DNA of 64,000 bases. Origin: Amoeboaphelidium protococcarum X5 (lineage: Eukaryota > Fungi > Aphelidiomycota). The translations under genes were made by a program, and so were the position numbers. Of the stretch, positions 37,697-47,840 are shown one piece after another. Position 1 is the first letter of the stretch; the number at the start of each line of letters is the position of its first letter. The notes beneath the pieces were generated by a model. It saw only the letters and a program-made list of their open reading frames with translations, had not been told where the DNA came from and made no database searches. The stretch spans positions 479,573-543,572 of the forward strand of contig JALDTO010000237.1 in NCBI GenBank assembly GCA_023515725.1, read 5' to 3'.

Positions 37697-38905
37697 ATGG
37701 ATTATTTTGTGTATGAATAGATTGAATAAATTTAGGAGAAGCGATAGTATAGATCCAGGCGAAGAGGTCATACTGCTCCGTTGAAGTTGTCTGATGAGGC
37801 TGCCGGGGCGCTCCGTAAAGGCAGTCAATTGATATCAAATGTATTTCACGCAGTCAAGTAAGGCAGTATTGTCGGAGCTTTAGATGCAGTTACTGATACT
37901 TACAGTGCAGACGATTAAAAATCTGCTGGATATATCTGGAGGCACCAAGAGTCAAAGTCTAATGAAGGATTTTTTAGTCAATTAAAGTCGTTATGGACTG
38001 GACCTGTCAAGAAGGAAGTAAAAGAGGACACTGGCATGAATGCTGCTGATGTAGGAAGAAGTCTGGCGCTAGTTTAGTAACAAGTAGAAAAGGATTAATT
38101 GCGATCAAGTCAAGTGAATTTACTATCACGCTGCTGGGATGAAGACGAGTAATCCACAACGCTCTTAAATGAGCAAGCTCACGAGGAATCCCAGGCGGCA
38201 GCAGATGATTCTGTAAACCAACTGATCGAATAGCTGGATTAGACGTCTCACAGCTTAAAAAAGTCTGAGAAGAGACAGGATCTAGTCAAGTAGAATCACA
38301 GCGATAATCAATTCTCTTTAATGGCGATGTTAGTACGCAGGAATACATTCAACAATTAGAGCTCATCCAGATCGCGGGCTCTATAAATTTATAGCAAGAT
38401 TGAAGACTTGAAAAAGGTAAGCCGCAACGTAGTGTATAAGGCTGAGATTATATGAATTGTGTAGGATCTCCTTGAATATGCTGGGACTTTAAACTCTGAA
38501 TCCTTGGATGATGATATAATACTTGCGCCAAAAGTGGAGCCACGAATACCGCCGCCACCTCCACCTCCAAACTTTGCGTCATTATCACTCAATAAACTGA
38601 GTAGTTCAGAGAAAGTAAAAATGACTGAAGTTGGACGCGGTTAATAATCATCATCAAATGCTGATTTACAGACCTCTATTAGCAACAGATTAAAGTCTTC
38701 GGAGCCGTACTTGAGAAAGACCAACATTTAAAGAAGCCCAGGAGGTAAGGAATTTATTAAAATGACATATTATAATTGATATTGTCTCATAGTAAAAAGT
38801 AATGTAGGCACTCCAATAAGAAAGCCGTCTGATGGTTATTAAGGCCCTGGAAAAGATTTGATACTTGGATTATAGCGAAAATTCAAGTCTATTTGCATCG
38901 ATTGA
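37697..38905 (+). CDS. MTFR1/PRR11-like proline-rich protein (2 introns)
   Basis: PPPPPPP, then LRKTNIQRSPG/GTP across an intron, and GLQRKFKS; GTAAG...TAG introns near 38417-38464 and 38745-38808. Confidence 0.6.
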
Positions 38906-38980
38906 CAAATGATGATATATCTTTAAAGATTTAAGTCAAAATACATTAAATGGCTATATTCTATACAAATTCATTTATCA

Positions 38981-39373
38981 TCATGCGTTTTAGTCTGCGT
39001 GACTCTCGCTCAACTGTTGATACTAAACCGGTCGTTACTAACGCCGCAGCACCGCAATGGTCACTATCGCAGCTACGGCAACCATCACGCTTAAGCCTGA
39101 AGCAATGGCAGCAATACTCACATTCGACTACTATTTCTAAGCCGCGGCATCCAACAATTCCTGCTGAGCCTACCAACTCTCCTAATCATAATCTGTTTCA
39201 ATATTGGCCGTCTTGTCCGGCATACTTGGCGGTGTATCAGTGACTGCCATGCAGCCATTGTCCATGTCCATATCCATGTCAGTGGACATAGTGTTGTTTT
39301 AAGCATATGTCAAAGGGGCATATGGCAATAATGCCATGATAATGAACTATACGAATGTGATGCTTAAGCGCAT
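38981..39373 (-). CDS. Small type-I membrane protein (130 aa)
   Basis: Signal peptide MRLSITFVQFIIMALLPYAPLTYA; TM segment IAAIASGLSVMVAVAAIVTIAVL followed by RR; YQQL motif in the tail. Confidence 0.7.
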
Positions 39374-39724
39374 TTTTAACTGCAATCAATTGTGGTTGCA
39401 ACGTTGACAACGAAGAAACTGATTGTCAAATCTTTAGTATCAGTTGAAGAGCAATCACTAGTGCAATGTCTAATTTTAGCTCGCGTTGATGTTCCGACAC
39501 TACAGGTTAATTTGTGTTAACAGCCTAAACCTGATGAATCGAGTCTAGACACGCATGAGTTAAATGTAAATTGCATTGCCGTGTGTACCACATTATCGCC
39601 GCTACCCTTTAACTTTGGAAAGATCACTCACTATCAAAGTCATTGAAAATCTAAATTAAAAGATCGCACTATGATCAAATAGTTCATATACCATTAATTC
39701 AATACTCAAGTATTGGTAAGACGC

Positions 39725-40126
39725 TCAACTCTTCTACTCATCCAACGATGGCATTTTCAAAATCTTGCGACCTTCATTCTTAAAGTGTTTCGTCATCATT
39801 TTCAAAATCTCATTATCGCGCAAATGCTCAGGCACCTCCTTCTATCCAGCAGTCCAGTAATACAGGTCCCAGTCATTTTCATCAAGTAATCGGTCGTACT
39901 ACTGTAACTACTGATGAGATAGAGAGTGCAAATGCTTTTAGGCAAACGTAGAGCAAAGCAGATCACTCTCCAGAATCCCCCTCTTTCTTGATTAATACAG
40001 CAAACGGGCACGCATTGTGTCAATACTCTCACCATCCCTAGCTATTCTAAGTGGTGGAAGAGGACCACTTTAAACTGACATAAATCGGGACTATCGCGTT
40101 ATTAGATACACACCTTTCCTAATCAT
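39725..40126 (-). CDS. SDH5: Succinate dehydrogenase assembly factor 2
   Basis: [24 protein letters not shown]...YDRLLDENDWDLYYW. Confidence 0.93.
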
Positions 40127-40415
40127 CTTAAATGCTTGAATACTATCGGCAGTGATCTCATCATTAACGAAAGAAGAAAAATACGTCATTCAAACATTTC
40201 GCGACTGATGATCTTCGCAAAAGTCTTTGATTCAAATAGAATGGATCTTCTTCATAAAATGATCATATCTTAAAAATGAACGTTTGATATCATTGTTTTC
40301 TACCACTGATTTAAGACACGAATTGAAAATTGTTTGATATTAGAAGCGTTCGAATCTGTTTTATTAAACGCTAAAAGTTCAACATTGACTTTAATTAGAG
40401 GATACAGAAGCCGCC

Positions 40416-40603
40416 ATGTGGGTTAATCGATCATTGGTACACTTTAAAAAAGCTCCAGCAATCTTTTCATTGGGGTCCCCACATAGCCCCTTAATAGCAG
40501 AGTAACAGTATAGTACGAGCATAACGATAAGCAATTACAAAACACTTCTATGATTTAGTGATCAGATGTTGAGCAAGGCGCAATATAGTCTCTTGCAAGA
40601 CCT
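40416..40603 (-). ncRNA. Putative Fanzor omegaRNA (conserved core 40416-40499; 5' limit unknown; guide would start at 40415)
   Basis: Directly 3' of the Fanzor stop; hairpin GGGGC-UAUGUGGG-GACCCC whose loop is complementary to the terminal CCCACAU; homologous copy at 37299-37383. Confidence 0.7.
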
Positions 40604-42835
40604 TCATATGGACATCACGAACTCCTTATATAGTGTCTAATCCGCTTAGTTCGCAGTAACCAATTTCACTTCTTCCTTAGAAAAACTTCGAGACATAACA
40701 TTATATGATCCAACATTATCCCGATATGCACGAAAATCACCCAACATGAAGTACTCATCAGCACCAAGACAGTTATGTAGCACATTCTGAAACGGATGTT
40801 GTTTCGACGTAAACTCCTCCGTTGTCACGAGCACTTACTTTCCAGATCTAAATATATTAGCTTATGCCATTGCAATAAGTTTCATACGACACTTGTAATG
40901 GCCAAACGCCAATAGAGTCTTCCGCGTATTTTTATGGAGAATATGCCCAGAATTTTATTAACCACGCGAGTGTGTTACCAGTACATCGGCCGTATCACTT
41001 AGAACGGGAGGTAGATTCAAACGCTTTCTCCGTTTCTTCACCATCTTAATAGTCAGAAACTCGGGAAGAATGATTAGATCATAATGCCGCATCAAAAAGT
41101 TGCCAATTCGGTTATGCAAATTCGATACATATGCAGAGAATTTGGTGTAAGCACGACTAATGCCAATATCAGTGGGAACAACATTATTCTTTGATTACTT
41201 CCATGTGTGCCATAATTCTTTCTTCTACGCTTTAAACTCCTCCAGACTCAATTGTCCATTCTGTAAAGCAGCTGCGCGATTATCCATCTAATCTTTCAGA
41301 GACTATGCATTGGAAATCTATTCACTCTTATTCTTATAAAGCTACTTGAAATCAGGCGCAATCGCAATGAATGACCTGCGATCCAAATCGAAGACGGTCA
41401 TGCTCACTCTAACACCTGGATCCACCGAGCAAGTGTTTCCAGTTTAACGGCAACGCGCATCACGGCGGCTTATAAATGATCTAGCACCTTCAAGATTCTC
41501 ATCTGCATTATTCATATCTTGCAGTTGCTAGTAATACCAATCAGTGAATGGACCTTATATACAGGAGGCATCATACGAAACAATCTCAAAGAACTTTTTT
41601 CTTCTTTTCACGAGCTTGAACTCTCTTCCTCTGCCATAGCCAAACTTGATGAAACGGGGCCAGTAGTCATTCTTGCCAGGCTCTTAGAATAGAGGATCTT
41701 TGGCATACAGTTTCCCAAAGCTCTTGAGGAATGAAGGCAGTAGGCGGACGCGATTGCTATCTGGATCTACACGGGCATCTTACGCTTGAAACTGGAGCAT
41801 CTAAAACTAATCATCATCTCTATTTGGCATAAAGTTGTAGTCTTTGATATCACCCTTTGTATACTTCTCATGAGCCGCATAGTAATACGTGCGAGTCGCA
41901 TTAATAATCTCATCTTGCACTGTAGATGGCATTCGCATCCAACGCAATCTTGGGTCGTCATCAGGCACGCGGCACTTTTTGGCTTTGACTTAACTTAGCG
42001 CAACATGGTTCCTTAGCGCTTGTATTGACACCTTTTCTCCTTAATCTCTGGAATCATTCAAAATGTTAATGATGAAATTGACCATTTGAAACTTGAGATC
42101 CAGCCATTCATTGAATTTGTGTATGAACTTCTTATCAGGGAATATACGAATATTAATCGAGCGTATCTGATCATACTGATTCAGTTCGGCAATCTCTCGC
42201 CGATTTTTCATCTTGCCGATTTTTGGTTTCATGTTTTCCAACGCCACTAGAGATTATCCCGAAAGCTGTAGCACTTTCTTCTTCTTCTTCTTCTTCAAAC
42301 TCTTAGATGACGACTATTACTGCTTAGATTTCCATTTAGCCATTAGAGAGTCTGTATCTGATGCAATCTACTGATTCCGCATTTTGGATTCAATGATATT
42401 CTCAATTTAATGCTGCACCTGACTAAAACTTTACTTCTCCTGGCTCTCACTTACGTTTTGTCCCATGTCTTTACGATTCAAATTAGGATTGAACTTTGCT
42501 GTTAAGGAGTGTTCTGTTTATTAAGATTACGGTATTTGCCAGTCCTTGTCAGTGCATTTTAACAACAGTCGTTAATTGAACGCGTCTGTGTTGCCATTCC
42601 AAACATAATGTCCAAACCATTCAGATTTAGTATTATACCAAGGGGCAAATACTGGAGCAAATGCGGCAAATGATGATGCGCCAAGTTCTTTGACTATCCG
42701 AATATCTACTTCATTGATCACCTTAGCACACACGGAGAGAAATCCGGGAATATCTTGATGATATGCTTAAGTTTTGAAATCTTCTAGTGCTGTCTTTGCA
42801 GCCGCAGATAATTCACGTTTTTGGCTTGGCTACAT
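40604..42835 (-). CDS. Fanzor2 / IS607-type TnpB-derived RNA-guided endonuclease (743 aa)
   Basis: IRIFPD N-terminal motif; RuvC-I SVDPGVRVSMTVFD; NLHNRIGNFLMRHYDLIILPEF; TRKTLLAFGHYK; rearranged RuvC-II TTEEFTSK; RuvC-III RDNVGSYNV; open frame with about 30 in-frame TAA/TAG. Confidence 0.88.
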
Positions 42836-43553
42836 TTTCAAATGATCAGTATTGCGATGAAAGAATTAGAACACTGTCAGTAAGCATTGAATACAATGCA
42901 ATGATGAGATGTGACACGACCAGTCATCATTTCATTGTGATATCAATGAGGATGGTCGCAGCTTTAAACCACTCAGGAGTTATTGGTATTGTTAAGGTAT
43001 TGAGACAAGCTCAGAAGATTGGCAATAAAGTAAACGAGTAATTAGATTATTGACTTGTATTGAAGAGTATGTAAAAATATATAGAATCTCATTGATAATC
43101 GTATTTAAAATAAGACTAACTATCATACAAATACTTTATGGATAAAAAATTTCAAAAGGACTTGGTGCACGAATGATTGATCCGCCCAAGTTCGGCAATC
43201 TGAAAATGGGAAATCCCGACGCTCATTTTGAAGTGTTCCGCAGTCACACGCGGGCGTGCAAAGCCTGTCTGGCAGTCCTCTGCTTAGATCTTGTAAGCAT
43301 AACTAATTATTCGAACGCTTTTCAATAGGCATGCTTTCAATCTAATCTGTCAGCCTTCGAAAACGCTCTTAATATTCTTGATAACTAAATTCATCACATG
43401 GCGCTGCTGTCCCTTGGTTTCTTGTTTGTTGTCGACGGAATGTTTTGAATTTCGCGAAACACTCAAAATCATTATTGTTTCACCTGAAACACTGTCTGTC
43501 CTGTCCGTTGTATATAATCGATAACACCCCCTTGATCGATATCTGCACTGGAG

Positions 43554-46475
43554 ATGGGGTTCAATTGGACTTATGCTGGCTTTGTGATCGCTATAGCTAT
43601 TGTCTTGCAGGTCTTTGTCTTTGAGAAGAGTGACTGGTTCACTGACTCTCCGCTGTTGTAAAGAAAGCGCCGTTCCCCAATTCCGACTTATAAACCGCTG
43701 ACTAATGGTACACTGGAAAAACGTACTTACTACTACGGCTGCAGACCTCCTTCATACAGACCTCCATCCTACAGACCTCCTCCTCCGCCCCCTCCTAGGC
43801 CGCCACCTCCTTCTCCTTAGCCTCCTTCTCCTTAGCCACCTGCCCCTTAACCACCTACTCCTTCTACCTAATGTGATCGCTAGACGATTTTTGCTTATGG
43901 GGATACCTCTTTTATTCAGCTGAGATTGACCAACAGTCTATGGGGCTGGTAGAGAAGTAGTTTGAGGTGCAGTGAAAACTGGGTCTCCAGTGCTCTGTAT
44001 ATGAACGCTGTCAACAACATCTTTAGCAGCGGTAGAGTTGTTGGTAATTTACAAGTCAAGTTCTCTTGCTCTGGTACTATTACCGCCCGTTACGTTGGCT
44101 TGAAGTAGTGTAAGAAGACGTTCCGCTCAGTCAATTTCCATGTTGGTTATTCCAGCTGCCCCTCTGTTAATCCGAGCCTATTTACCTGCAGTCCTAATGG
44201 CAGATCTAATGATCCAGCTTGTAGAAAAGACTGTGATAGTGGTCAATGCGATGGTAAGGATATTACGTTGACGTTCACTGGTTGGGATAGCAGGCGCACT
44301 GTATACTTTGTTGCTCACGCTGTATCCAATTCAGATCTGTGCGCTTCTGATGATTGTGGAAGTACTCCGCCATAAACTGTTACCGTCACATCGACTTTGA
44401 CCAAAACTATGGTGAGTACAGTTTTTAATACGATTATTAGGACTAGTACCATCTAGCTGCCCCCTGTCACAATAACGAGGGCCACGACTGTTACTCATAT
44501 AGTTTCCACGACTTTGACAATTCGTCCTCCGCCCGTGACGTCACATATCACAAGAAGTGTGTCGTATCCCGTTACTACCACTGTAACTCTGCCACCAAGA
44601 ACTGTCACAAGTCTGATCACGTTGCCGCCGGTTACTACTACTTATACTGTAACAGTTGAAAGACCTCCAGTAACCACCACTTGGACGCTTACCAACACTT
44701 AGTATGTCACTAGTACTAATACTGAAACTACCACTACATATCTGCCTGCATCTACCTTCACCATAACTGAGACTTCCATTCTGCCTGGTACCGTAACCAC
44801 TATAACTATCACTGAAGATGGTCAAGTGATTACTAGCTACATTACAAGCACTGGAACTATTACTATAACTGGTACTTAGACAGTAACTACAACTAATATT
44901 TAGTACATTACTTTGGATCCTGTCACTGTTACTGTTAATTAGCCTGCTACCACCATTACTACTGCGTTGACTATTACTTAGACGTCTTTGGTGACTGTGA
45001 CTGAAACTTCTCCTGTGTACTCTACTTTCTCTACTACCATTTTTAGTACGACAACGTCTACTGTGCTGGTGCCAACCACTATCATTACGTTTATACCTGG
45101 TGAGACTGCTCTGACCACTGTAACCTCTTTTATGACTTAGACAGTGATGTAGACACTGTACAGCTACATTACTACTACAGAGAGGATCACCGAAACTGTT
45201 ACTGTTAGTGGAGGTGGTGGTGGTCCGCCAGTGACTTCTTACATTACGATTACTTAAGCCCCTGTTACTGTTACTGAGACTCAGTCAATTACTCTGCCTC
45301 AGGTTACTGTGACCGTTACTGTTGCTCCGACTACTATTATCCAAACGTCTACTGTGTTTTAGACACAAACTTATACCATGACGTAGACTATCACTGAATC
45401 TGGTACCACCATTACCACTACTATCTTCAGTACAAGCACTGTATCTGTTCTGGCAACCTCAACATCTACTATCCCATCCACTACTACCACCTATACCCCT
45501 CTGCCTACTCCTACTTGTATCGATGTTGGTGGAGCATATCCTTTTAATGCGTTCTTTAGTGGTTCCTATTCTGCTAGCTCTGATGTTCAGGGAAGACTGG
45601 CTGTTGGTGGTGATGCAGCTTTTGCTGGCGGCTTCTCTATCGCGGATCAGCTTTATGGCATCGATTAATGTAAGTCAGCTACATTAGTCATTGGCGGTAA
45701 ATTGGTAAATTGGTTGACTGGTCGTAACTATTATGGTAATATTGTTGTTGGTGATGACTCTACTGCGAAGCCTTCTGTACCCAATAACAATATCGGTTAT
45801 GTTTTGGAGCCAGATTGTTCTATAAAGAAAATTCCTAATTTTATCAATTTCGATACCATTAGTCAGAAGTTGACTTAATTGTCCCAGAAGATGGCATCTT
45901 GGGTTCCTACTGCTCTGAGTGTTAATGTCAAGTATGGTTTGATGACCATCTAGGTTGGTGGTCTGAATCGCTATGAAATTATCAATATTTAGAACGGATC
46001 CATGTTTACCTAAAGAATGATCAACGACTTTGCGATTGAAGGTGCTACCAACAATACCATCCTCGTGTTTAACATCTTCGGGTCCTCTGGTGGATTCGTC
46101 GATATGAACATGGATGCGATGATTGACATTCCTACTATCTTCAATTTTCCTAATGCTACTTCTCTGGATATCAATGGAGTAGCTGTTCGTGGCATGGTTT
46201 TGGCACCATTCGCTAATGTTAATGCTGGACCTGGTGTTGTTTGGGGCCCAGTGTATGCTGAAAGTGCTGCCGGACCTTTACAGATCAATCTGGTTCCAGA
46301 ATTTCCATTGTGCTCTAATCCTGATTCTATTTATGGCCTATAAACCCCAGCGATGTCATAGACGACAGATAGCAGCAGTGGATCTCTGCCAATGAGAATC
46401 AATTTTAATTTTGGATTTGAATTGATTGTCGCTTTGACTATGCTGCTCTTTGGAGTATTCTACTTAACGATGTGA
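43554..46475 (+). CDS. Cell-surface adhesin-like protein: Pro-rich segment, Cys-containing domain, Thr-rich stalk, choice-of-anchor A domain, hydrophobic C-terminus (973 aa; copy 1)
   Basis: FNAFFSG...SDVQGRLAVGGDA...IFNFPNAT...GMVLAPFANV...GPLQIN matches the choice-of-anchor A / ice-binding-like fold; hydrophobic N- and C-termini. Confidence 0.85.
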
Positions 46476-47840
46476 GAGTGTCGTATGTATAATGTATGAT
46501 TATTTGGATTAAAAATAAACTATTGATTGATTACTGATTCAATCATAATTCTTCACTCAATAGACTGGATTACACAAAAGTTTGAGGTTAGCAATTTAAA
46601 GCTAAAATCACTGATTTTGACACCGCTTCCATTCATGTCATCATCGTATTGAGGATGATGTAATAGTGAAACCCGAGATTTCAATTCAAAAGACTTTGAA
46701 CACAAATAAATTTTCGGGCAAAATTAGACTGTAGTTTGAAGATTACTGTAATTAATCGGCACTGAATAATGTTTATCTACACGTCATCTGATGTCCTAGT
46801 TCGTTTTAACAAACAGACGCGTTAGTAAGAAGCCTAACCGTTTGAATATGCCATGCCAATCTTTTGAATAATCGAGTTTACACAATAAGGCAACTTATCG
46901 TGACAGATAATCAGCGATATATTTATAGAACAATCAAAGCCCACTGTGGCTCATCATTGTCAAAGTAGCACTCCTCGCGGTTCAACGCAGACCGATTGTC
47001 AGTCTGCTCATGACCGCTGGTCCAATTTGTTCAAAATCAAAGATCGCGGACAAACTGGTCCAGGAGGAACTTTAATTTAGCAATACAATCTTAGAGTTAA
47101 ACACGTACATATAAAACTATGAAATATAGTCAAATAATTGTTGCAATAAAAGGCCATCGAAAATAGCGTAAGATTGAACAAGAACTCCGTCAAATTATGA
47201 TTGAAACGGGCTTTTTCAACTAGAAAAATGAGAGCAAACAGCAGAATTGTTTTAGCTTCACTCTGAGTTGGCGGTGAACTAGCCTCTCATCGAAAATTTT
47301 TATGGTTTATTTTTGGGAAGATAGGATGCTAATATCATGATAGAAATTTTGTATTAGAATGTTACTACGCCCTGTTATTACTTCCTCGCTTAAAAATGAA
47401 TGCTGCACCGCGACAAATCTTTCTTGCATGATTAGATAAAATCCATATTTAGGGAATCCCAAATTCCTTTATGAATGTGTAACAGACATGGAAATCTACA
47501 TTTCGGTAGCCACCTGTATTCAAATGAAAAAAGGAGCCCATATCTTCCCTAACACTGAATGCAGACCAGGAGGCGCTCAGCAAAGCACGGAAAGATACGC
47601 AGTCTGGCCAGCTGCTCAGTGCAGCGAGGTGAAACGTTGGTTTGTTCGCAGCCACGCGCGCGTTTGTTTCAGCTTCTGGCAATCGCCGCTCGGCCCAGCA
47701 TTAAATTCGCCGGCTGCTTCGTCACCAATTTGTTTCCGCAAAGTCTCCAACTCATTGTTGTTGTTTCACCAGATTCATACTTTAAACCGTCCCCTTGTAT
47801 AACAGTTTAAGCTCCGTTGTGAGATACCTGTATACTAATC

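Noticed and set aside
37920-37980. Suspected frameshift in the MTFR/PRR11-like gene
   Set aside because: Recounting codons showed the frame is continuous.
42836-43550. Expected IS607 serine recombinase or a definable left end upstream of the Fanzor
   Set aside because: No recombinase motifs seen and no similarity to the region upstream of the orphan omegaRNA; the left boundary cannot be called.
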